This document shows, in pieces, positions 16,734-25,052 of a DNA stretch of 32,000 nt. How positions within the stretch are numbered: the stretch's first letter is position 1; each line of letters starts with the position of its first letter. Position numbers and translations under genes: made by a program. The notes below the pieces were generated by a model. It was not told the DNA's origin. It did not search any database and was given only the letters and a program-made list of their open reading frames with translations. Location: positions 3,060,001 to 3,092,000 of the forward strand of contig OY759724.1 in assembly GCA_963662715.1 (NCBI GenBank), read 5' to 3'. Source of the DNA: Candidatus Omnitrophota bacterium (GTDB lineage Bacteria; Omnitrophota; Gorgyraeia; Zapsychrales; JANLHA01).

Positions 16734-17654
16734 CTAAAATGCGGGCAAAGGAAAGACAATGTGTCTTTCCGGATTATCAAAATGATGGACCTTTGAGCCG
16801 GGGAAAAGCGCCTGTATCCGATAGACCAGGTCACGGACGATAAACTTCGGGACAGAAGCCCCGGAACTGATTCCCACTTTACTTTTATTATCAAACCATG
16901 ACATATCAAGATCATCAGCGCTGTCAATAATATGGCTTTCCACCCCTGCCATTTCACCGGTTTCCCTCAGCCTGTTACTGTTCGAACTGTTGGTTGAGCC
17001 GCAAATAATAATCAAATCACATATCCGGGCCAGTTCTTTCACAGCATCCTGCCGGTGCTGGGTGGCATAACAAATATCGTCCCTGGCCGGCTCAATCAGG
17101 TTTGGAAAACGGCGGTGCAGATCATCAATCATCTCTTTTGACTCATCAACGGAAAGTGTCGTTTGAGTCACATAAGCGACAGGCTCTTGGGGATCAATGG
17201 TTAAATTTTTTATCTCTTCTTTTGATTCTATAATATACAGATTATCCGGATTAACGTATCCTGCGGTCCCGACCATTTCCTGATGGCCCTTATGACCGAT
17301 CAAGATGATCTTATGACCTTTTTCCGAAAATCTTGTCGCCTGGCGGTGGACTTTCTTCACCAGGGGGCAGGTGGCATCAATGACCTGTAACCGCCGGTCT
17401 TTGGCTTCCTGAACGATAGACGGAGGGACGCCGTGGGCGCTGAAGATAATACGCGCGCCTGCCGGAACCTCCTTTAATGTTTCTACAAACACAACGCCTC
17501 GTTTCTTAAAATCGTCCACGACGAAAGTGTTGTGAACGATTTCATGATAAACATAGATCGGCAGACCGTATTTTTCTATGGCTTTTTCCACAATATCTAT
17601 GGCAAAAGAAACACCGGCACAAAAGCCTTGCGTTCTCGCTAAATAAATATCCAT
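16734..17654 (-). CDS. ispH: 4-hydroxy-3-methylbut-2-enyl diphosphate reductase IspH (LytB)
   Basis: The protein is full length, with GFCAGV, SAHGV, ATCPLV, GHxGHxE, VTQTT and SSNSNRL motifs. Confidence 0.95.
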   Translation of the reverse strand: MDIYLARTQGFCAGVSFAIDIVEKAIEKYGLPIYVYHEIVHNTFVVDDFKKRGVVFVETLKEVPAGARIIFSAHGVPPSIVQEAKDRRLQVIDATCPLVKKVHRQATRFSEKGHKIILIGHKGHQEMVGTAGYVNPDNLYIIESKEEIKNLTIDPQEPVAYVTQTTLSVDESKEMIDDLHRRFPNLIEPARDDICYATQHRQDAVKELARICDLIIICGSTNSSNSNRLRETGEMAGVESHIIDSADDLDMSWFDNKSKVGISSGASVPKFIVRDLVYRIQALFPGSKVHHFDNPERHIVFPLPAF

Positions 17655-17688
17655 AAATTCCCTTTCGAAAGGCGGTCTTCAAATTCGT

Positions 17689-17717
17689 TTGCATTGATAA
17701 AAAATATTCCGTATAAT
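17689..17717 (+). promoter_or_regulatory. Candidate sigma70-type promoter for ispG
   Basis: TTGCAT (17689-17694), a 17-nt spacer, then a perfect TATAAT (17712-17717). This implies a leader of about 150 nt to ATG 17877. Confidence 0.4.
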
Positions 17718-17749
17718 TAAAGCTTAAAGTCACCGACAATACTTTCAAA

Positions 17750-17777
17750 ATTATATCATTATCCACTAAGAAGTAAA
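17750..17777 (-). promoter_or_regulatory. Candidate extended -10 promoter for ispH-fdx-murB
   Basis: On the minus strand: TTTACT (plus 17772-17777), 16 nt, then TGATATAAT (plus 17750-17758). It is about 95 nt upstream of the ispH start. Confidence 0.35.
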
Positions 17778-17876
17778 CCCTATTAGCAACAATGTTCCTC
17801 TTAAAACGCAACTGATCGTTATGACTTAAAAGGATACGGGGGCAGGGCGGTCATTAACAAAAACCGCAAGCACGCC

Positions 17877-19115
17877 ATGATGCCAAAAATTAAAAGACGA
17901 AAAAGTTGTTCAGTCGCCGTTGGGCCCGTGACCATGGGCGGGGGGAATCCGGTTGTAATCCAGTCCATGACAGACACTCCCACGGCCAACATCCCGGCGA
18001 CATTGCGGCAGACAAAATCTCTTATAACGGCAGGGGCCGAGATCGTCCGCTGGACCATAAACGACGAAGCAGCGGCCGAAGCCGCTCCGGCGATCATTCA
18101 AAAACTGAGGGAGACCGGATACCACACCCCGATTATCGGGGATTTTCACTTCAACGGACACATTCTGTTATCCCGATACCCCGGACTTGCAAAATCCCTA
18201 GACAAATACCGCATCAACCCCGGCAATATCGGGACGGGCCGAAGACACGATGAAAATTTCAGGACGTGTATCAAGATCGCCGCGGATCATAATAAACCGG
18301 TTCGTATCGGTGTTAACAGCGGCTCCCTGGATAAAGAACTCTTCACGGCCTTGATGGCCCGGAATGCCAAAAGAAAAAAAACCAAAAATTCCAGGGATAT
18401 CACAGGGCAGGCCATGATCGACAGCGCTCTTAAGAGTGCGTCTTTGGCGGAAAAATTCGGCCTGAGTAAAAATAAGATCGTCTTAAGCGTCAAGATGTCG
18501 GAACTCCAAGACATGGTCAAGGTATACCAGGATATCGCCCGGCAAAGTTCCTATGCCTTGCATCTGGGCCTGACAGAGGCCGGCTCTGATTTGGAGGGCA
18601 TCATTGCAAGCACCGCCAGTCTGGCCATTCTTCTCCAGCAGGGCATCGGGGACACAATCCGGGTTTCACTCACCCCGCAGAACAACAGACCCAGGACAGA
18701 AGAGGTCCGCGTTTGCCGATTGATTCTGCAGGCGCTGGGGCTGCGCTATTTCGTTCCCAAAGTCGTTTCCTGCCCCGGATGCGGCCGGACCAACAGTACA
18801 GACTACCAAACCCTAGCCGGAGAGGTAAAAACATACGTCAACAAACAGATGCCGCTGTGGAAAAATTCTTTTCCCGGGGTTGAGAAGCTGACGATAGCTG
18901 TCATGGGATGCATCGTCAACGGACCGGGGGAAAGCCGGCATGCCGATATAGGGATAAGCCTTCCGGGGATAACAGAGAAACGCGTGGCGCCGGTTTATCT
19001 CAACGGACAGCAATACAAAATTTTAAAAGGGCCCCACATTGCAAAACAGTTTTTAGAGCTTTTATCAGATTATATTGCCGACACGTATACTCCCAAACCA
19101 GCGCGGCAAAGGTAA
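17877..19115 (+). CDS. ispG: 4-hydroxy-3-methylbut-2-en-1-yl diphosphate synthase IspG (GcpE)
   Basis: RRKSCSVAVGPVTMGGGNPVVIQSMT is the canonical IspG N-terminus. VRIGVNSGSL is present, as is the C-terminal Fe-S motif SCPGCGRT...GCIVNGPGE. Confidence 0.95.
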   Translation: MMPKIKRRKSCSVAVGPVTMGGGNPVVIQSMTDTPTANIPATLRQTKSLITAGAEIVRWTINDEAAAEAAPAIIQKLRETGYHTPIIGDFHFNGHILLSRYPGLAKSLDKYRINPGNIGTGRRHDENFRTCIKIAADHNKPVRIGVNSGSLDKELFTALMARNAKRKKTKNSRDITGQAMIDSALKSASLAEKFGLSKNKIVLSVKMSELQDMVKVYQDIARQSSYALHLGLTEAGSDLEGIIASTASLAILLQQGIGDTIRVSLTPQNNRPRTEEVRVCRLILQALGLRYFVPKVVSCPGCGRTNSTDYQTLAGEVKTYVNKQMPLWKNSFPGVEKLTIAVMGCIVNGPGESRHADIGISLPGITEKRVAPVYLNGQQYKILKGPHIAKQFLELLSDYIADTYTPKPARQR

Positions 19116-19161
19116 AGCCCCTCAGGGCAAAGACTGTACGCCGGCCCGATGGATTCCAGAA

Positions 19162-19584
19162 ATGAAAAAATTAACCCCGCAACTTATTGTCGATGACGTT
19201 TTGAAATCCGTTGCTTTTTACAGTGATGTCTTCGGTTTTAAATTCATTATGGGGGTTGAGACCGGTTCACGGGAAGTCGTTGTCTCCTGGATGGACGAAC
19301 AGCCTTTGGACTGGGCGGTCATGAACTGCGGGGAGGTGGAACTGATCTTTGAATCCCGAAACTACGCGAAGGAACATTTCCCGCAAAGGGTTCTGGCCCC
19401 GCACTCGGATGTTATATCATTATATATCGAGATGGAGGATATTCAGGAATTTTATGCCATTCTGAAAGGGAAAGTCTCTGTGCTTAAAAAACTCTCAACG
19501 ACTTTCTACGGCATGCAGGAATTTTATGTGCGGGATTGCAACGGTTATGTCATAGGGTTTGCGGAGAAAGCCGGGGCCGCTTAA
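19162..19584 (+). CDS. VOC (glyoxalase/bleomycin-resistance/dioxygenase) superfamily protein
   Basis: MKKLTPQLIVDDVLKSVAFYSDVFGFKF is a typical VOC beta-alpha-beta-beta-beta module start, and the C-terminal part is YGMQEFYVRDCNGYVIGF. ATG 19162 is preferred over the upstream extension, which overlaps ispG. Confidence 0.75.
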   Translation: MKKLTPQLIVDDVLKSVAFYSDVFGFKFIMGVETGSREVVVSWMDEQPLDWAVMNCGEVELIFESRNYAKEHFPQRVLAPHSDVISLYIEMEDIQEFYAILKGKVSVLKKLSTTFYGMQEFYVRDCNGYVIGFAEKAGAA

Positions 19585-19590
19585 TGCCCA

Positions 19591-20073
19591 TTATCTGCCG
19601 TTTTTCAGCATTTGTTTCAAAAAGGCCTCAACGTCCTGCTCATGTCCCTGCGGTTTGACTTTCTCAAATATATGCTCAATCCGTCCATCCCGGCCGATGA
19701 TAAATGTTGTCCGCGCGACTCCCATATATGAACGGCCGTACATACTCTTCCTGACCCATACCCCGTAGGCCCGGCAGACATCTTTGTTTTCATCACTTAA
19801 TAATATAAAGGGGAGCTGATATTTTCCGGCAAATTTTTCATGTTTTTCCACAGTGTCAGGGCTGACACCCAGAACAACAGCTTTCCTTTTTTTAAACGTG
19901 TCAAAGGCATCCCGAAAACCGCAGGCTTCTTTCGTGCAGCCCGGAGTATCGTCCTTAGGATAAAAATACAGAACAATAATTTTGTCTCTGAAATCCGTAA
20001 TGGAAACCAAGCCCCTGTGATGGCCGGGCAGGGAAAAGTCCGGCGCCGGATCCCCGGGTTTAAGTTTATTCAT
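19591..20073 (-). CDS. bcp: Thioredoxin-dependent thiol peroxidase (peroxiredoxin Bcp)
   Basis: FYPKDDTPGCTKEAC contains the peroxidatic and resolving Cys of Bcp-type peroxiredoxins. The size is about 160 aa. Confidence 0.9.
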   Translation of the reverse strand: MNKLKPGDPAPDFSLPGHHRGLVSITDFRDKIIVLYFYPKDDTPGCTKEACGFRDAFDTFKKRKAVVLGVSPDTVEKHEKFAGKYQLPFILLSDENKDVCRAYGVWVRKSMYGRSYMGVARTTFIIGRDGRIEHIFEKVKPQGHEQDVEAFLKQMLKNGR

Positions 20074-20896
20074 GATCGCCGTCCTTTCTTAACGGGACAA
20101 GCTTTTCAATCCGTCTTTGTCTGAAAACGACATATTCCGAATACCCGGCTTCCCGAGCCCAGGCAGCGGCCTGCAGAAAATCCATGCCGACCTCGGAAGG
20201 CTGGTGGGCGTCTGACCCGAACGTGATCGGGACCCCGGCCTGAGAGTAAATTTTAAGGGCAGGGAGAGACGGATAGATTTCCTTAACGGGTTTCCGCAAG
20301 CCCGCGGTGTTGATTTCAATGACCACGCCGCTCTCTTTAAAGACCCGGGCTGTCTCAACAATTTCATCCTGGATATCGGCAGAGGGAAGATGCCCAAATT
20401 TTTTTACGAGGTCAACGTGTCCCATAATATCAAAAAGGCCGGATGACGCTGATTGGCGTAAAAGCGCATAGTAAGCTTTATAGACTTCCGTCACATCAGC
20501 GTGATACCATCCCTGAATTTCGTCCGGATTGTCAAATCCCCACTGGTCAATAAAATGGACCGAACCGATCACATAATCATAAGGAAAAGCCGCCAGCATT
20601 TCACGGGTCTGGTCTTCAAATCCAGGGTCAAAATCAGCCTCAATCCCTAATTTGACATCCATCCGGCCTTTGAATCTTTCCTGAACGGAACGTATCATAT
20701 CATGATAAAGAGGAAGTTCCTCTTTTGTCATGCTGATATTGTCCCGCTGGTGGGCGATCAGCGGAGCATGATCGGAGAACCCCATCTCTGGAAGTCCGAG
20801 AGCAATGGCCTGACGGACATATTCCTCCGGCTGTCCCGCGGCATGACCGCATAAGGGGGTGTGCATATGATAATCGACAAGATTTGTTTTTTTCAT
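20066..20896 (-). CDS. hisK: Histidinol-phosphatase, PHP-domain HisK/HisJ family
   Basis: It has DYHMHTPLCGHA, SDHAP, GSVHF and FGSDAH metal-binding blocks. ATG 20896 (MKKTNLVDYHMH) is preferred over 20953 because a promoter-like element lies within the longer ORF. The stop overlaps the bcp start by 8 nt. Confidence 0.8.
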   Translation of the reverse strand: MKKTNLVDYHMHTPLCGHAAGQPEEYVRQAIALGLPEMGFSDHAPLIAHQRDNISMTKEELPLYHDMIRSVQERFKGRMDVKLGIEADFDPGFEDQTREMLAAFPYDYVIGSVHFIDQWGFDNPDEIQGWYHADVTEVYKAYYALLRQSASSGLFDIMGHVDLVKKFGHLPSADIQDEIVETARVFKESGVVIEINTAGLRKPVKEIYPSLPALKIYSQAGVPITFGSDAHQPSEVGMDFLQAAAWAREAGYSEYVVFRQRRIEKLVPLRKDGDHE

Positions 20897-20926
20897 GAGC
20901 GACAAGTGTTTCAGGTTAATGGGCCC

Positions 20927-20953
20927 ATTATAACATATCATAATGTTTGTCAA
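20927..20953 (-). promoter_or_regulatory. Candidate promoter for hisK-bcp
   Basis: On the minus strand: TTGACA (plus 20948-20953), a 15-nt spacer, then TGTTATAAT (plus 20927-20935). It lies about 30 nt upstream of ATG 20896. The spacer is shorter than optimal. Confidence 0.35.
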
Positions 20954-20984
20954 AACTTTTACTAAAACCTTACAGGAAGCCGGT

Positions 20985-21013
20985 TTGACATTATTTTAGG
21001 CATATGTTATTAT
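20985..21013 (+). promoter_or_regulatory. Candidate promoter for the folE operon
   Basis: TTGACA (20985-20990), a 17-nt spacer, then TATTAT (21008-21013), about 30 nt upstream of ATG 21044. Confidence 0.4.
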
Positions 21014-21043
21014 CCCTTGTCAAACGTATCCGAGGAAATACTC

Positions 21044-21583
21044 ATGGACCAGTTTTTTAAAGAATTCTTACTTAAAATAGGCGAAGATATTGACCGGGAA
21101 GGATTACGCGCCACGCCGGCGCGGGCGGCAAAAGCTTTTCAATACCTGACGAAAGGCTACCAGCAGAATGTCTCTGACATATTAAACGGGGCCCTATTCG
21201 AGACCGATAACGATGAAATGATTATTGTCAAGGATATTGAATTGTACTCCTTATGTGAACACCATCTTTTGCCCTTTTTCGGGAAATGCCATGTCGGTTA
21301 TCTGCCTAACGGAAAAATCATCGGCCTTTCCAAGGTCGCCCGAATCGTTGATGTCTTTGCCCGGAGGCTGCAGATCCAGGAAAACCTAACAAAACAGATA
21401 GCGGAAGCCATACTGGAAACCACAAACGCCAAAGGAGTGGGGGTCGTCATTGAAGCCAAACATCTCTGCATGATGATGAGAGGCGTCGAGAAACAGAATT
21501 CCAGCATGAACACGTCCTGCATGTTAGGGCTGTTCCGGTCAAGCAGTTCTACCCGTTTTGAATTCCTGAGCCTTATCAAGTGA
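21044..21583 (+). CDS. folE: GTP cyclohydrolase I FolE (type 1)
   Basis: GL..TP.R and [20 protein letters not shown] (zinc/active-site block) are present, along with [18 protein letters not shown] lies 7 nt before ATG 21044. The track ORF starts at TTG 21017. Confidence 0.9.
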   Translation: MDQFFKEFLLKIGEDIDREGLRATPARAAKAFQYLTKGYQQNVSDILNGALFETDNDEMIIVKDIELYSLCEHHLLPFFGKCHVGYLPNGKIIGLSKVARIVDVFARRLQIQENLTKQIAEAILETTNAKGVGVVIEAKHLCMMMRGVEKQNSSMNTSCMLGLFRSSSSTRFEFLSLIK

Positions 21584-21592
21584 GATCTTTTC

Positions 21593-22321
21593 ATGCCACA
21601 GGACAAAAAACGCAAAGCGGCCCTCATCACAGGCGCGGCCAAGAGAATCGGCGCAGCCATAGCTCTGGACCTGGCCCGGCAGGGTTATGACATCGCCTTG
21701 CACTATCACACATCCGTACAAGCGGCGCAGCGGACACAAAAAAAGATTCAAAGAGAGGGAGGAACGTGCCGGGTCTTTACCGCGGACCTTTCCGATAACA
21801 GGCAGATGACACAATTAATCCCTCAAGTTAAAAAATATTTCCCCCGGTTATGTCTGCTTGTCAATAATGCGTCTATTTATAAATCCAACCGGATATCGGA
21901 TATTGACACAGATCTGTATGATCTTGTCATGGATACGAATCTTAAAGCCCCCTGTATCCTGACAAGCCTATTTGGCCGCCATTGCCGAAAAGGCCAGGTG
22001 ATCAACATGCTGGACACCCATATCACAAGGAACAAAACAGGATATTTTTATTATCTGCTTTCCAAAAAAGCGCTGAAAGAATTCACGCAAATGGCCGCTC
22101 TGGCGCTGGCGCCGGGAATATGCGTCAATGCCGTCGCTCCGGGCGCGATCATTCCTCCGGCATCCAAGAACCAGAATGACCTTAAAAAGTTAGTGCCGTC
22201 AATCCCGCTTAAAAAGACCGGAAAAACAGATGACATTTTAAAAGCTGTCCGTTACCTGACGAAAAACACGTTTTATAGCGGGCAAATTCTTTATATCGAT
22301 GGGGGCGTGCACCTGACCTGA
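21593..22321 (+). CDS. Short-chain dehydrogenase/reductase of the FolM / pteridine-reductase type
   Basis: KAALITGAAKRIGAAIALDLARQGYDIALHY resembles E. coli FolM (ITGGGRRIG...). It has the YLLSK (YxxxK) catalytic motif and the VNAVAPGAI and YIDGGVHL blocks. It is embedded between folE and folB. Confidence 0.75.
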   Translation: MPQDKKRKAALITGAAKRIGAAIALDLARQGYDIALHYHTSVQAAQRTQKKIQREGGTCRVFTADLSDNRQMTQLIPQVKKYFPRLCLLVNNASIYKSNRISDIDTDLYDLVMDTNLKAPCILTSLFGRHCRKGQVINMLDTHITRNKTGYFYYLLSKKALKEFTQMAALALAPGICVNAVAPGAIIPPASKNQNDLKKLVPSIPLKKTGKTDDILKAVRYLTKNTFYSGQILYIDGGVHLT

Positions 22322-22338
22322 ATATAAAAAAAGGACGT

Positions 22339-22695
22339 ATGACAGAAGCGACCGTATATATCGAAAATTTGCAGTTACGTGCGATAATCGGCACTAATGA
22401 TTGGGAAAGGGAAACAGCGCAGGATATTATTTTAAATATTCAGTTCCGCTACGATGCCGAACGGGCCGCGCAGACAGATTCTATTGAGGAAGCTGTTGAT
22501 TATAAAGCCCTCAAACAGGAGATCATCTCCTTTGTCGAAAGCTCTAAATTCTTTCTGCTTGAGAAATTGTGCCGCGATGTTTTGAACCTGATTATGCGAA
22601 AAGAAAAAGTTCTCTCGGCTAAAGTGAGAATAGATAAACCCAATGCTCTGCGTTACGCCAAATCGGTCGCGATTGAAATGCAGGCAGTCCAATAA
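22339..22695 (+). CDS. folB: Dihydroneopterin aldolase FolB
   Basis: The 118-aa product has IGTNDWERETAQDIILNI and VDYKAL, the typical FolB tunnelling-fold motifs. It sits between the SDR and folK. Confidence 0.85.
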   Translation: MTEATVYIENLQLRAIIGTNDWERETAQDIILNIQFRYDAERAAQTDSIEEAVDYKALKQEIISFVESSKFFLLEKLCRDVLNLIMRKEKVLSAKVRIDKPNALRYAKSVAIEMQAVQ

Positions 22696-22709
22696 ACAGG
22701 GATGGCTTT

Positions 22710-23099
22710 ATGTCCATGAACGTGGCCATAATCGGGGTCGGATCAAACATCCAGCCGGAAAAGAATATTGCCCAAGCCATCAACTTATTAGAGGAACGGG
22801 TTCATATATTAAAAAAAAGCCGTTTCGTGCAAACCCAGCCTATCGGCTGCAGGCAGCAGGACGATTTCATGAATGGATGCCTTCTTGTTGAAACGGACAA
22901 AGAAAGAGAGCTTTTCACGGCTGAGTTGAAACTTATCGAAAAGACGCTCGGACGGGTTAAACAGACGGACAGATACGGCCCCCGGACCATTGATTTGGAC
23001 CTGCTTACCTGGAACGGGCAAATAAAAGACACGGATGTCTATCATAGAGACTTTATTCAAAAAGGGATTTTAGAACTTGTTCCCGACTTCCGTTTTTAA
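22710..23099 (+). CDS. folK: 2-amino-4-hydroxy-6-hydroxymethyldihydropteridine diphosphokinase FolK (compact form)
   Basis: It has VAIIGVGSN, F.NGCLLVET, IEKTLGR and YGPRTIDLDLL blocks. At 129 aa it is shorter at the C-terminus than E. coli FolK. Confidence 0.85.
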   Translation: MSMNVAIIGVGSNIQPEKNIAQAINLLEERVHILKKSRFVQTQPIGCRQQDDFMNGCLLVETDKERELFTAELKLIEKTLGRVKQTDRYGPRTIDLDLLTWNGQIKDTDVYHRDFIQKGILELVPDFRF

Positions 23100-23111
23100 C
23101 CTGGAGAAATT

Positions 23112-23552
23112 ATGTTTTTTTACCTTATATTATTGTTTACCATCGTCCCGGCCCTTGAACTTATGGTTTTAATTGAAGTCGGCAGTGTGATCGGGTCATT
23201 TAACACGATCTTGATCATCATTCTGACCGGGGGCCTGGGGGCGGCTTTAGCGCGCCTGCAAGGTTTTGCGGTTTTACGCAACATCCAAAAAAACCTCAAC
23301 GAAGGACGTATGCCCACAGACGATATGGTTAACGGGGTCATGATCTTTGCCGGGGGGCTTCTGCTGCTGACTCCGGGTTTTTTAACGGACACCTTAGGCT
23401 TTCTGTTGTTGATTCCCTGGACGCGAGAGATTATTAAAATTATCGTCAAACAAAACATGGGGAAGATAATCGTCCAGCACAATTATCCGGAGGAGACCCC
23501 TCGCACCGGCCGTCCCCGGACGGATTTTGAAGACGCGGAGTTCCATGATTAA
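23112..23552 (+). CDS. fxsA: FxsA-family cytoplasmic membrane protein
   Basis: It has two to three N-terminal TM helices and the LTPGFLTDTLGFLLLIPWTR signature of FxsA. A GGAG RBS is present. Confidence 0.8.
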   Translation: MFFYLILLFTIVPALELMVLIEVGSVIGSFNTILIIILTGGLGAALARLQGFAVLRNIQKNLNEGRMPTDDMVNGVMIFAGGLLLLTPGFLTDTLGFLLLIPWTREIIKIIVKQNMGKIIVQHNYPEETPRTGRPRTDFEDAEFHD

Positions 23553-23733
23553 CCGCCCCTGTCAAGGCTCCATCCTGTATTTTCCTGCTGTATTTTTCTA
23601 AAAAAAGCAAATATTTTTTTACCCATTTTATAAACACATTATTTTCAACCTATTAGATTTTTCCCTGTCATAGGTTGTCCTATTGCCATTTTCCTGATGC
23701 ATGTGTTATCTTTATTGGAATTTGGTGATTCCC

Positions 23734-24144
23734 ATGAAACAAATCATTCGAACAATATCTATCATTTTCATGATGGTCATGACTGTCACGTTGGCTGATG
23801 CGAAGGTTGACGAGGCTTTTCATACGCCGCCGAAAAGAAAATATGTGATTGGTCAGGCATCCTGGTATTCCAAAAAATCTCCCGGGATAAACAAGCACAC
23901 GGCCAATAACGAAATTTTTGATGACCGACAATATACCTGCGCAATATGGGGTGTCCCTTTCAATCAGAGAATTAAGGTGACCAATTTGGCTAACGGGAAA
24001 TCCATTATTGTACGCGTTAATGACCGCGGGCCGCACAAACGATTTGTCCGCAACGGCCGGGTCATAGATCTCACTCAAGCCGCCTTTGCTCAACTAGACG
24101 ACCTGAAGCTTGGGTTGATCGAAGTGGCTTTAGAATTCATTTAA
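23734..24144 (+). CDS. rlpA: RlpA-like (septal ring lytic transglycosylase family) double-psi beta-barrel lipoprotein/secreted protein
   Basis: It has a signal peptide (MKQIIRTISIIFMMVMTVTLADA). The DPBB block follows: GQASWYS...TANNEIFD...TCA...PF...VTNLANGKSIIVRVNDRGP. ATG 23734 is preferred over 23701. Confidence 0.8.
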   Translation: MKQIIRTISIIFMMVMTVTLADAKVDEAFHTPPKRKYVIGQASWYSKKSPGINKHTANNEIFDDRQYTCAIWGVPFNQRIKVTNLANGKSIIVRVNDRGPHKRFVRNGRVIDLTQAAFAQLDDLKLGLIEVALEFI

Positions 24145-24211
24145 ATCTCCTTCCCTTAACCTTTATTCCTCAATCTACGAGCACAAAACAGAAATATTTT
24201 TATTTTTTTAC

Positions 24212-24239
24212 TTGCATTCATGATGAATATTGATATGAT
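24212..24239 (+). promoter_or_regulatory. Candidate extended -10 promoter for fabG-acpP-fabF
   Basis: TTGCAT (24212-24217), 16 nt, then TGATATGAT (24231-24239), 42 nt upstream of ATG 24282. The spacer carries the palindrome ATTCATGATGAAT. Confidence 0.4.
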
Positions 24240-24281
24240 GAAGTCGATTATTTCAAATTCATACGTGAGATATTTTTTATT

Positions 24282-25022
24282 ATGAAATTAAAAGATCAAG
24301 TAGCCTTAATTACAGGGTCGGCCCGGGGCATCGGGAAAGAGATCGCCAAGTCCTTTGCCCAGGAAGGGGCCCGGGTCATCATCTCCGATATCAATAAAGC
24401 CGCCGCCGATGAAACCGCATCGGAATTCCGTTCTTCAGGGTTTGAGTCTCTGAGTGTGGCCTGTGACGTCACAAATTCCCAAAATGTTGAAGAGATGGTC
24501 AACAAAATTCTTGACAAATATAGTCGCATTGATATATTAATTAACAATGCCGGCATCACAAAAGATAATCTGCTTCTTCGTATGAGCGACGCAGACTGGG
24601 ATGCCGTGATCAACACCAACCTTAAAGGGGCTTTCATCTGCACAAAGGTTGTCAGCAAGTTTATGCTGAAAGCCAAAAAAGGGAAAATCATCAGTATATC
24701 TTCGATCATTGGCATTATGGGAAATGCTGGTCAAGCCAATTATGCCGCGAGCAAAGCCGGCGTGATCGGCCTTACCAAATCTGTTGCAAGGGAACTGGCG
24801 TCCCGTGGCATAACAGCCAATGCTGTCGCTCCCGGGTATATTCAGACTGAAATGACCGAAAAGTTAAACGAAAAAGCCCGCGAAGCTATCTACAAACAAA
24901 TTCCCGTAGGAAAATTAGGAACACCTAAAGATGTAGCAAATGTCTGTTTATTTTTGGCATCCAGTGATGCAGACTACATTACTGGACAAACCATCGTGGT
25001 CGATGGGGGGATGGCCATATAG
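24282..25022 (+). CDS. fabG: 3-oxoacyl-[acyl-carrier-protein] reductase FabG
   Basis: It has TGSARGIG, NNAGIT, YAASKAG (YxxxK) and ITANAVAPGYIQTEMT. Position before acpP is canonical. Confidence 0.9.
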   Translation: MKLKDQVALITGSARGIGKEIAKSFAQEGARVIISDINKAAADETASEFRSSGFESLSVACDVTNSQNVEEMVNKILDKYSRIDILINNAGITKDNLLLRMSDADWDAVINTNLKGAFICTKVVSKFMLKAKKGKIISISSIIGIMGNAGQANYAASKAGVIGLTKSVARELASRGITANAVAPGYIQTEMTEKLNEKAREAIYKQIPVGKLGTPKDVANVCLFLASSDADYITGQTIVVDGGMAI

Positions 25023-25052
25023 CTTTAAGTCAGGATAAAAAGGAGGTTATAC

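Noticed and set aside
20926-20945. An inverted repeat, CATTAT-N8-ATAATG, in the hisK/folE divergent promoter region, reminiscent of Fur-box hexamers.
   Set aside because: The arms are only 6 bp, and they are largely the consequence of the -10-like TATAAT/ATTATA sequences of an A/T-rich promoter. That is insufficient to call an operator.
22710-23099. FolK appears truncated (129 aa versus about 159 aa in E. coli).
   Set aside because: All catalytic blocks through GPRTIDLDLL and the following helix are present. The stop is followed 12 nt later by the fxsA start codon (ATG 23112), preceded by a GGAG RBS. No continuing FolK-like sequence exists in other frames, so this is a naturally compact form rather than a frameshift.
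23680-24093. A 137-aa minus-strand ORF opposite rlpA.
   Set aside because: The plus-strand frame carries a signal peptide and the complete RlpA double-psi beta-barrel motif set. The antisense ORF has no motif or RBS.
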